From Thalia democratica (Eukaryota): a DNA stretch of 64,000 bases. Every line of letters starts with the position of its first letter. Position 1 is the first letter of the stretch. The stretch spans positions 36,394,001 to 36,458,000 of the forward strand of contig OZ241828.1 of the NCBI GenBank assembly GCA_965202585.1, in the 5' to 3' direction. Shown here piece after piece: positions 52,068-64,000 of this stretch. The position numbers and the translations under genes are program-made. Under the pieces are notes generated by a model. That model was not told the origin of the DNA. It worked only from the letters and a program-made list of their open reading frames with translations, and did not search any database.

Positions 52068-52197
52068 GTAAGCAACTTCTCGGAGCAGCTTCCTTCTTCA
52101 ATGTCTGATTGCTCGGAGGTTTGCAGCATCCCTTCTGTATCTTCTCACAGTTACTCCACTAACTCTCCTGCTATATCTTCTCCTTATAACACAGAAC
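52068..52197 (+). CDS. isl: Islet copy B, exon 7
   Basis: CTTTCAG| acceptor; VSNFSEQLPSSMSDCSEVCSIPSVSS...; donor C|GTGAGA at 52198, or read-through to TAA at 52248-52250. Confidence 0.85.
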
Positions 52198-52281
52198 GTG
52201 AGACTGTTTGCAAACTTTTAAATGAGCGGCTTTATGCTACTTTTGTTTAAAACTTTTATTAACTTAACTTCAACTATACAG

Positions 52282-52307
52282 AGTCAAAGACTGTATTTAC
52301 TGGCTGA
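52282..52307 (+). CDS. isl: Islet copy B, putative terminal exon 8 ((Q)SKTVFTG*) plus conserved 3' UTR to ~52460
   Basis: 84-nt intron, CTTAAC branch-like motif and TATACAG acceptor, homologous to copy A. Confidence 0.6.
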
Positions 52308-53376
52308 ATAAAAATATCGAATGAAAGCTACAATCGAACAATTCGATGAAGACGAGACTCAAACAGTTCAATAAGCTGAAGGCGCATGTTCTGATGTTCT
52401 CACACTAGAAATTTACCAAGCTGAAGCAGGTGTTCAAAAGGAACAACACCTAAATCAAAACTAACTCAATTTTAAATACAACAAGAGACTATTAAGGATG
52501 TGACCACTTTATGAAGCCAAAACAAAATAAAAAATCCCTGGTGAAGGTAGGACCGCTGGCTATTCTGGGCGAGAAAGTTCAGGATGAAAACTTTCAGGTT
52601 TAAATACAAAAAATACAATTTAGTCGTATTTCAACTTTATTTAAGTTAAATTTTAAATTAGATATTTTGACAATTTGCTTAATTAGTTGATTTCAAAATT
52701 AATTAGATACTTAATATGTTTCTTTTTTTAACAGAAAGTCAAAATGAGACTTAACAAGACAAAACAAAGGATATGGTACAATTTTTTTCATTGCTGTTTG
52801 ACCCTTAATGCAAAAAAGTTGTGTTGAATTTCATGAAGTTTTCTGACTTCAAAACTCAAGTGCCACCAGAAACATTTGAAATTCTACTCTGTGTTCAAAA
52901 ACAAACTGTCTTGTTGTTGAATACTTTTATTTGAACATATTGCCTGTTTGAATGCTCATTTGCAAGTCTTTGGTTATTAGCAAATATTCTACTACTTAAG
53001 ACTTAAATACACGCTGAAACTAAACTAAACATTTATATACTTAAATTCTAATAAACATTTGAAGTTAGGTAATGTCATCAGTTTCTAGTTTAAAACACTT
53101 TCTTTTTACTCAAACTTTTTAAAAGTTGTTTTTAAGATATTATTGTGCATAGTATTTTGATAAATTAGTATTCATCGTTTTGTCAAAACTTTTGTGATTA
53201 CTGTATACCTTTAGATAAGATTATCTAATTTTAAAACAGTAACTTTTTTTTTAAAACTTTAATGTTCAAGTTTAAGTAGAGTATTTTTTAACTTCTAGGT
53301 CTAATAAAGTTTTGATGCTGTAAATTTGCCTAAATTTATCAAAGTAACTACCAATAAAACTTTAATTATTGATGTT

Positions 53377-55049
53377 CGGTAGGTCTTTTTATGTGTACTA
53401 TTTTATGGGCACTATTTTATGTGTAGAATTGCTTCAATCAACTTTATTCAATGGGTAGTATTTAGATGTTGCTACAACTAAATGAAAAATAAAATACTTT
53501 CTAAGCCTTATATAAATATTATGGATAGTTTTTGTAGTTTTAAATTTATAAACAAACAAACAAAATTTAACTTGAATACACATAAACCAATAATTTGATT
53601 TATTTGTACATTTATTTAAATTGTATTTTGTAAACTAACAGAAGTAGTGGATAGACTTATTAAAAGATTATGGATAGTTTTTTTATGTAATATTTAATAA
53701 AAAAAGCTTGAATACACTTAAATCAATTGTTTGATTTAAAAGTAGACAGTATCTTATTTTTAATTAATTGCAGCAATATCTAAATACTACCCATAATTTA
53801 AATGAAACCACATAAGTTAATTGAAGAAATTCTACACATAAAAGAGTGCCTATAAAATAGTACACATAAGGCCAAACCACTACTTCTATAAGTTTACTAA
53901 ATGTAAATTACATATATACAACTATAAATTAAACAATTGGTTTATGTGTGTTAAATTTAAATTTTGTTTATAAAATCTTAAATAAAGAAATATCCAAAAT
54001 ATTTATAATATGCCAAGCCATTACTTCTGGTAGTATAAAAAATATAAATTATATTAATATACTATTAAATCAAATAATTGGTTTAAGTGTAATTAAGTTT
54101 TTTTTTTCTTTATTAAATCTTAAAAAAAAATTATCCATAATCTTTTAATAAGTCTAGCCACTACTTCTGTTAGTTTACAAAATACAATTTAAATAATTGT
54201 TTAACTAAATCAAACTATTGGTTTATGTGTATTCAAGTTTTTTTTTTTTATTTGTTTGTTTATAAATTTAAAACTACTAAAACTATCCATAATATTTATA
54301 TAAGGTCAGGACTGTATTTTATTTTTATTTAATTACAGCAACATCTAAATACTACCCATAATTTAAATGAAGTCATTTAAAACTATGGTCATAATTGATT
54401 GAAGCAATTCTACACATAAAATAGTGCCCATAAAATAGTACACATAAGAGCAAACCACTACTTTTATAAGTTTACTAAATATAAATTACATATATAAAAC
54501 TACAAATCAAACAATTGGTTTATGTGTGTGCAATTTTTATTTTTTTATTTTGTTTATAAAATCTTAAATAATTTTTTTTTTTCAAAATATTTATAATATG
54601 CCAAGCCATTACTTCTGTTAGTATAGAAAATATAAGTTACATAAATATAATTTTATATCAAACAATTGGTTAAAGTGTATTCAAGTTTTTTTTCTTTATT
54701 AATTCTTAAATGAAAAAAATATCCATAATCTTTTAATAAGTCTAGCCTATACTTCTGTTAGTTTAAAAAATATAATTTAAATAAATATACAAATAAATCA
54801 AACTATTGGTTTATGTGTATTCAAGTTATTTTTTATTTGTTTGTTAATAAATTTAAAACTTCAAAAACTATCTATAATATTTATATAAGGCCTGGACAGT
54901 AATTTATTTTTCATTTAATTGCAGCAACTTAATTGCAGCAACATCTAAATACTACACATAATTTTGATGACATCACATCAAAAATTGAATGCAGCAATTC
55001 TACACATAAAATAGTGCCCATAAAATAGTACACATAAAAAGACCTACCC
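53377..55049. mobile_element. Non-autonomous Mutator/Foldback-like DNA transposon (1673 bp)
   Basis: 9-bp target duplication ATTGATGTT (53368-53376 and 55050-55058). Long TIRs begin (C/G)GGTAGGTCTTTTTATGTGTACTATTTTATGGGCAC (~360 bp). Internal ~570-600-bp tandem units start near 53766, 54331 and 54931. No transposase ORF. Confidence 0.85.
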
Positions 55050-58000
55050 ATTGATGTTTACGTATTAATGATACGTAATTTATTTTTTATTAATTAAGTT
55101 TTTTAGTTGATTTTTTTAAATACAATAAATAGTTTATTACATAAGTATATTATATCATTACCACAGCTTTGTATTTCATTTTAGCTAATGAACATTTTCC
55201 GGGTAAAACGTTCTTTAATTACCTTCCTGTTAAGAAAATTTTCTCCTAATAGAGTTATTATGTCGTTTGCTCGTTAAAATTAGCAAAAAGTATGTCATTA
55301 TTGTTTTTTTGTTTCTTCAGCAACGTTTTAAAATACAATTTAAATTAGGATATTTTGAAGTTGACTAACGTTGGTTTATACTTTATAAAAAATAAAATAT
55401 TTTTAGTTTGAGGATTTTAAATATAAAACAAAGTATTTAAAAACCTATCAAGATTGCCTTGTTTTAAAGTTAAAGATAGATAAAAGTTTTTATCCGTAAA
55501 CAATAAAAAAAGTATTATATTGCAATAATATTCAAAACTATTGAGTTTTGCTTTTATCTATATAGCATAATTGTTTTATAATTTAATTTCAACTGCAAAA
55601 AAGTTTATAATTATAATCATACTTATTTACTTCGATTCAAATGTTTAAAAAAGTAGTTATTTACGAAAAAAAATTATATGATTAAATGGCTAAAAATAGA
55701 AACATCAAAAACAAAAAAAAAAGCGGCAAAGTCCAACAGAGCCGAAGCCTGGACTTGTTTGTGTAAACATAAAGTTTTTTCATACTACTTTGATCAACAT
55801 TTTACCGAGGGGTTGAGGTCTAATGGATCTAAGTCGTATGTTCAAAACTTAAAATATATATAAAATAAAACTTTACAAAAATTAACTTTAAAATATTTCT
55901 TAAAACCATGATCTGTTAAAAGATGTAATTGTAATGCTATAAGAATGACAAATGTACAAAACTTTTAATCGTACGTATTGGTTAAATAAAATTACAAAGG
56001 TTGAACATAGTTTTTTTTTTGTGTTTTAAAGCAAGCACAACACAAACCATTAAGATAGCGTTTTAAACACGCAAGCTTACAAAACTTAACTTTAGAAATT
56101 ACTTTTAACGTTGCAAGCGAAGCGTTTGACTGATATTGCATTGAAAATGTTTGAAATAATCGCCTTGCTAAAAGCGAGCGTGTTGAATTAATACAAAAGT
56201 AACAACAAATCCTGTTAGGTTGAGATTTATACAGAAGAAGTAGAAGCTGCCAAAAACATCTTAATTTTGACCGCTAAATTTTAAAACAAGTATGTTATCA
56301 CTAAAGTAAATGTTTAACAGGCTGTCAAAGTTTGAAGTCTTTTAGTTTTGTTTTTTAAAAATATAGGTTCCAGTTTATGATTAAAAGTTTTATAAATAAT
56401 GCAGTTCTCACCAATTAGCTCTTGATTTATATTACTAACATCTTTGTTACCAAAGTTTTAATGAATCTTATGTTTATCAACTACAGTGATCTATATTTGT
56501 TTTGAACTTCATCACTTTTTAATTTCAAATTTAAGTTGATTTTATTGAAAACTCATTATATATTCTTATCAAAAATACGAATTATTTTTTTGGTCGTTTT
56601 AATCTATGCTTACGACATTAAATAAGTTAATTTATATTTTAATTTCAACATATGTAATTTTTTGTACTGCTGGCTAAGCTTAAACCTTTTCAAGTTATAC
56701 AAAGTGAAAGCTCCAATGAAAAATGAATTGAGAATTATTTTAAATGCAAAGTGTAACCGGTTTTGTGTATTTTTATAAGACAGTAAAGTGTTATGTGAAA
56801 CTAATATTTTAATATATTTATGCACCATGAACCCTTGGCATGGTTTCTTCACAAAAACTCAATTATTATTTTGTGGAGAAACTACATGTTGTTAAGTTGA
56901 TGGATCAGCACCCGTCACCCCGATTACTCACGGTACATGATTTCTCCAAAATTTAGAAAGTAATTTTTAGGAAGAAAAATATTAAAATATTTGTTTAAAT
57001 CTGTTTCCAAAAAAAAGTCTGTTATAATTATGAAGGATATCTGGTAACACTTAAAGTAATCAGTAAAAGAAACTGTTTTTAGCCTTTCACCGGCTAAAGT
57101 TATTTTAAGTTCATACAGTCACAATATTGCTAAAAATCAGCTTTATGAAATACAGTTGAGAAGACTGATATTAAAACATAAAAACAGAAACTTATAACTT
57201 AAAACTTTTGTAACTTCAAGCTTCAGTTAGCCAGTAGCGTTTAGATTTCTCAATTAAGCTGTAAAAGTATATATTTAAAATGTTGTATCTAAAAGCTCGT
57301 CTTATATAGAAAATACTAACTATTCATAATATAGATAAGTCAATAAAATTACTTTATGATACTGAATTTTATTTCAGCGCTTGAAAAATCTTGAAGTAAG
57401 GTTAAAAATATTCTAGTTAAACATATAAATTTTTAAAAGTTGTTTCTACTTTATTTTTACAATATGTTCACAAAGTTCACTATTATCGATTAAGGTGGTA
57501 AAAGTAGACAAAATTCATGAATATTTTTGTCGCGTTTTGCTACAAACATTCGGCCGCATGTCATCCTCAAAAATATTTTTTATCTCATTTATTTTATATC
57601 ACAGTCTTTTCCGAAAAGAGGGTTTAATTTCACTCGCTCTACGAAAGCTTTCTGCGTTGACAGCAAAATAAAGAATTTTTCTGAAACTTCAAAAACATAT
57701 GAGATCTCAACGCCGTCGGTGTAGTGCATTTGATTGCAACCGAATCAAGAATATTTTTTCCGAAATAAATCAAAAAGACTTAAAACAATACTTAGTTTGA
57801 GATTACGAGCTCGCTTTGATTAAATTTTATTATGAAAATATTATAATCTCAAACTTCTAAACGATAACCTGAAATAAGTGTCAACCCTGCATCTGTTGTG
57901 ATATCAATTATCTAAAATGTTTTATTTTTGCTTATTCTATCATCAGAAAAACATAAAAATTGCCAGCTGTCACTACAAAGGAAAAATTTTAAAAACGCAT

Positions 58001-61000
58001 TTGACCGTATAATTTATTCTCGCTACTAGTTTTCAAGGTTTTTAAAGTATAAATGGTTTATTTATTTCCCAATTGCGGCCAATCGTAAATCACGTTTTAT
58101 GTGAAACCTGTTCATTAAATTTCCGTTTGTGAAGTTGACATTTTTCTTTTATTTATTCTAGTTGTTATTCAAACCATCAATCCTTTTTTTCAGTAGCTCA
58201 ATTACAATTTTTTAGTCTCATACACAAACACATCAACAAGTAATTTGACGAAAGTCTTTCACGTTCGCGGCTTATCTTATCGCTTGCTGATCGCACAACT
58301 TTTCTGACGAGGCACGATTAGCAGTCACGAACTTTTGACTGTGAAGAAGTGACAGCTACTTAGAAGCTGAAATAAGCTGTTTTGTGGCAGTCAGTGAAAC
58401 TGTTTGAAGTTAACCCGAAAATAAGCGATACAGACGCAGCTTGCTTTTAGCAACTGTGAAGTATTGAAACTGCATTTTAGGTGTCAGTTACTTGCAAAAA
58501 GCTTTGTAAGATAATTTGATTTTACAGTAAATTTTTTTTTTTTAATAAATCAAAATAAGTGTTTTTAATTAGTAATCTAATCCTGTTTAAATGATTACCT
58601 AATTTAAGAAAGATATACTGTCGTTTTGTCATAAATTAAGCAAGTATGAAAAAAATTAATTTTAAGTTTTTGAACGTGGAACTTAAGGTTTTTTAAACCT
58701 TGTATTTGTAATACAAATTTTGATAAAAAATTTGAAGTTAAACAATTTAATAAAATGTTTTGTTTTTTTTCTGCAAAATTAATGTGTGTAACTAATAAGT
58801 ATAATAATTATATTATATTTTTACTACAAATTTTAATAGTACTTACTTGGTTAATTTATAAACTATAAAGCTCAAGCCTTTTCTATAAAATTAAAATTAG
58901 CTTGCGTATCGTTTTCTTAAGAGCTTAATTTGTTGTATTTAATTTTTTTTAATGGCTGCTTTAAACTACCTAGCTAAAAAGTTTTAATGTGTTTGTAAAA
59001 GATTATGCTTCGCAAAACACAAAGTTTCAATTTCTTTTTGTTTTGCAAACGTAATGTTTATACTTTATCAAAACTAAGTATCAGTGAAAACGACTTTGCA
59101 ACTTTATATAAAAACAAAACATTTTTTCAAGTACAGGTATATTGTTTAATGTAAAGTGAGGCAGCCAGCAAGACTCTTTTGTACAAACAGGAAACAATAT
59201 TTTCATTGTCGGCATCTCACTTGGAATGTACCATCTTTATAGCGCGGCTACTGATACAACCACACTGCTTATCTTTTGTTTGATTGAAAAAATTCCTTTT
59301 GTGAAAAATTTGTGTTTTGCTATTTGTTTTGCAGATTTAGAAGAAGTTTTTATATGAGCTTAAAAGATTTGTGAAGAGCTAATTCAAGTGTTTTGTGTTT
59401 TTTTTCAATTTTAGAATGTACCAAAAAAATTTTTGTAATTGTTAGAAAACTTTGACGTAAGTTGATCATTTATAATACAAAAAAGTGTAAAAAGTTCAAA
59501 GTTAATGATTTATAATTACTTGTTTTTGACATTTTGGCAAGTTTTAAAAGGTGTCAAAGTGTTCTAGCTTATTTTTTAAAGAAAATGATTGTTACTTTAT
59601 TTCATAAAATATATTTTGTAAATTATTAAATAATGGTATATTAAAATAATAATATGATAAACTGTAGTTTGAACTACTACATTAGTGATAAAAAAAGATA
59701 TTTATTTTATCTATGTGTTTCACAAATTATTCATATAAACAGTCATAACGTTTATAAACTTATTTTAATCAAAATATGTATTAATTTAAATAGTTTTTTT
59801 TAACTAATATTTAATACTTAAAAACTAGTTTTTCTTTAAATGATCAAAAACACGGGGCTTAAGACCTTATCTAGAACTAATTTGAAAAATCATACTAGGC
59901 AAGATTTTTTTTTATATATTAACACAAACAGTAAACTGCAAAAGACGTTATAAAAATTAATCTTCTGTTATTCTATGATAAACAATTTTGAGGAAAAAAC
60001 TAGATGTTTAAGTTGTAATAGGACTAAAAATCACACCTAAAAAGAAAACCCGATTCAAAACTAATTTAGAATTGTCAAACTTTTCGTTAAGCAAGAGCAA
60101 TCAAAACGCTGAACAAATATTACATTATGTATTTATATTTTCTTACGTAGACAAGTAATGTCGCCATCAACTTAAATATTGATTCAAAAATAGATAAGGT
60201 TCATGCAGACGCCATCACAACCCCATCAGATTATTTACGACCCCAAATATCTTCCTCTATACACACAGCCCCCTAAAAACTTAGTATTTTATATAAATAA
60301 ATCAGGAACTCTTATTACCTTTTTCTAATTAGAACGAAAGTTTCAAATGTTATTTCATGCTTGCGTAAGTACTTTAGTATTCCAGCAAAAAATAAAATAT
60401 TTTGTAATTTTTATCTCAACCAAACTATGTGTTTTTTTTGTTTTGAAATGGTAAAAACTAGTTTAAAAGAAGCATTTTTTTTAAACTAAGTTTTTGAAAA
60501 CTTTTAAACCCTCACTAATTACTTACACAAAATGTTTAAATTGCATACTAAAACTGCTAGAAGTTTTAAAAGTTTAGTGTTTGTAACAAAAACAAGTTTG
60601 CACAGCACTACAGTGAAAGTATTTTTATTCAATCCAGCTGTTAAAATCGTTGTTATTAGTTAACCAGTAAAAGCAGAAAACTTATGCCAACAAAAAAGAT
60701 GTTATAAATAGCATGTCGTACTTGCGAAACTTTGATTATATGTTTGAAACCTAAACTCATTAGCTTAATTAAAAATTATTAAAAGTTTAAATTAATGAAG
60801 TTTATGCGTTTATAAACATTTAAAATAATCTGAAATTACATTGTATCAATCGTTTTATGCGATTTTAAAATAGAGTTTAAAGTTTGTGACGTAGAAAAAA
60901 AAGGTAATTTGAAATCAATAGAAAATATTCAAAATCTATTAAAAATTCAAGTCTTTTAGATTAAGAGCTTGGTCTGAATATTTGTAAAAAGGCAAGCAAT

Positions 61001-64000
61001 CTGGTTTAAACGCTTTTTATATGTAAATAAAGACTATTTTGCGATGTCAAATTGGTTTTAAATTGATGTGTCAGGATTTTTTGGAAATATGTATTAATCA
61101 TTATTACTGAACATCTTCTGTATACATATTTAGCAACATTTATATATCAGCAAATATTTTAAAATACTTAGTTCAAATTTACTTAGGGCAAAATACAATC
61201 TATACATACATGTATTTTGTACTACATTAAAACAGTTGTTTAATGGACTTTATTTTTCTTATAATTTATTTGGTTTTTGTCTTATCTGAGCTTTCTACTT
61301 ATACTTAAAAGTATAGCAAAAGTTAGGCTAAGTAGTAGATTAAAAATACACAGTGAAATATAAAAAACTGAGTGTATCACGAAATAAGTTTAAGTTAGCG
61401 CAGTTATTTACTTAAGTATTCTCGAAATAAAAGGATATTTTACATTTCAAGGTAAGAACACTCTTAAAATATTGAGCGGTTTTGAATAAAGAAAAATATA
61501 AAAGGTAAACCACAATCCATTACTTTGAATAACTTTATAACTAAAAAAACAACAAACAACTTGCTTGGTATCGTTTTAAGTTTTTAAACAGTAACTACTA
61601 AAACAAACATTTAAACTTAGTATTCAGGTACTTTATTAAATTTAGTTGAAATTTTCAATTTTGAGTCTTAATTGAAAATTTTGCAGATGTGATTCAGTTC
61701 AACGCGTCACGTGACATAAAGTTTAAAATTCGGCGTATTGACTTCATTGATTTCTATACAAATGGAGTGGCAACACGACTTTTGCTACCCGCTGCGTTTG
61801 TAGATTTGTAAAATATACGCTAAATAAAATGTTATCTCTCAACATTTAATATGACTTACTTAAATACTTTCAATAAACAAATGCGATTTGTTTTTATGAA
61901 TTTGACCAAAACGACAAAAATACATTAAAATACTATGAACAAATTTCGAAAAATATTATTAGAAATAACAAAACACTTATTAATTTCAACAGAAATTTAA
62001 ACCCTTCTTTAATGCATAAGCTGTTTAATTTCAAACAGCTTATACCTATACCTATCTAAAAAATAAATTTGTATAAAAAAACTAAACAATAAATCATAAT
62101 TTTAGTGGTGTTTTAAAAAGTTTAAAAAACTATAAACTAATTATAAATCAAATAAAAATAGCGTTTTTAGCAGAGGAAAAAGAAGTAGTGCAAACAAAAT
62201 TTGTTTTTTAATTGTTTAGATGTTTCAAAAAAACAAAGTATCACTTTAAACGAACCTGTTTTCAAAACTAATATTCATTATTGCAAGCGTTTTAATTTCA
62301 GTTATTTTGATTCGCTTCAAATTTCACTTAACTCGAGGCTTATCTGTTATGTTCAATGCAGACGTTATTCTCACAAATTACAGCAATATTGCTGACAAAC
62401 CAATAGTTTGAAGAATTCCACAAGTTTCCTGTATTTTCCATAAAACGCAGTGCTCTTACAGTTTTCATGATTCGTTGAAAAAACCAATGGATTTATACGG
62501 GAAAACTGCAAGTTTTTATATAACGCGGTAACAAAAATTTCCATCACACCAGAGAGAGGCGCATTCCTCATTGGAATATCCTGCGTCCTTAACAGACGGC
62601 TCGATTGTTAGCGCGTGCGTATGCGGCTGATAAGAGATAAGAAACTATTTTTGAATCCAAGCCAACAACTTTTGTGTTTGAAAAGTGTGAGACTTGATAA
62701 AGCTTTATTGTAATGCCACTGAGGTATGAAAGTTATTGTTCTGCTATTTTGTGACTGTTTAATTTTGTAACAATTGTGAAAAACAGCACAAATGCTGAAC
62801 AACTATGAACATAACCTTAAAAAATCTAAAATTAACCTATGTAGTTCTGATTGTTTCATGAAAATTTATATTTCTACAACTCAAACTCCTACCACTAACC
62901 CTCTTTTAAAAAATCAAAATATGCTCATGAAGGTCTTAATTATAAAATTATGAAGATTAAAAGAAACATAAAAAAAGTATTTATAAACACAAAATATTGA
63001 TAATTATCAAATATTACTATATTTTAGTAAGTTCCAAAGCTGACTTTAGCCACATCTCAAAAAAAAAAAAGAAAAGCTCATCTATAATTAATAAAATTAT
63101 GATAGTAAAAAAAATAACTTTAATATTGAATAAAAGACATACTTGACAATTACATAAAATTATCAAAATTTTAATTGTCAGAATTTGAAAAGTCGTACAC
63201 CCGTTTTTGATAATGATATCAAACTTATAAAAGTAAAATTTATTTTGGTTGAAAAAAAGAAAGCTTTTGATAAGTTACTCACTACTTTTTCAGCAACAAT
63301 TAAAAACTTTTTTACAGTACAGTTTATCCTATCAAAGTCTATGAAGCTTTACCATGACCTTTTTGATGTTAATATATATCACTAAACTTAGTTAGTTTCC
63401 TTTTGAAATTTTATTTTAAGCATTTGTGTTACATTTCAAAATAATTAGAAACTACATTACACAACATTAGTTCGTAATAATTACCTTAAGCTCAAAAAAC
63501 TTGAGCTGAATCGCATTGTTTTCTATAAATCATTTTTAAAGTGCTTTATAAAAGTTGATTTGTTCAATCAAGCTTACAGTCTAATGTTGAACATTATATT
63601 TAATTTTTTACTGTATTTATACGATACAATTTAGAGCAAACTACAAAAAAAAAGAATAAACAGTAGTTTTTAAATCCTGTATTAATTGCAAAAAAGTGTT
63701 ATTGCTTAGAAATTTTATTTTTAATCCGAGCTAATATAATTTTATTTAAAGAAAAACACAATTCGTTTATCTTTTTTTGTTTTTTTAGTTTTAATTTTTC
63801 TATTGAATTAAGGTTAAAGATTGTGTGTTGTTTAAATTTGATAACTTTCTAACTGAGACAGCATTAAAATATACTTAATAAAACATCACACGGAAAATAT
63901 GTGTTGAAATTTTGTTTTTAATTTTGTTAAAAAAAAAACTCTGTAGCTAAAGCTTTCGAGTTGAAAACAATGAATTGGCATTGATAATGAGTTGGCAGGT

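Larger units (their letters stand above)
46360..64000 (+). repeat. Segmental tandem duplication, unit B (visible alignable span, runs off the window)
   Basis: Collinear with 590-29450. The last matching block is 63955-64000 versus 29405-29445 (TTGAT.ATGAGTTGGCA.GT). Confidence 0.92.

Noticed and set aside
53948-54148. 66-aa ORF inside the Foldback-like element as a transposase remnant
   Set aside because: It is translation of AT-rich subrepeats, with no DDE or zinc-finger features.
53377-55049. CRISPR-like array or prokaryotic/viral origin for the repeats
   Set aside because: The repeats are long, degenerate and lack unique spacers. The window is intron-containing animal DNA with no cas or phage-like ORFs.
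56872-56952. Short imperfect inverted repeat TTTTGTGGAGAAAC...TTTCTCCAAAA
   Set aside because: Too short and degenerate, and no target duplication.

Overview
AT-rich animal (invertebrate) genomic DNA with compact GT-AG exons in long introns; the species cannot be identified from this sequence alone. The window holds two head-to-tail copies of an Islet-class LIM-homeobox gene on the + strand. Copy A is 5'-truncated by the window edge (exons at 1160-8181). Copy B is essentially complete (35303-52307; LIM1, LIM2, homeodomain, Islet C-terminal WKxLSDFALQS motif), with a 200-N gap in its first intron. About 15 collinear conserved non-coding blocks are shared by the two copies, both in introns and across up to ~21 kb of downstream DNA, while the spacers between them are barely alignable. 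Copy-specific insertions include a 341-bp Penelope-like insertion with a 13-bp target duplication in intron 5 of copy A. It carries two divergent minimal hammerhead ribozymes (one with an intact core, one core-mutated) on a 92-bp inverted repeat. Other insertions are a 1.67-kb Mutator/Foldback-like element, a hAT MITE, a small TIR element and LINE-like 3' tails. Most ORFs in the supplied track outside the Islet exons are spurious. All alignments and counts were made by eye.
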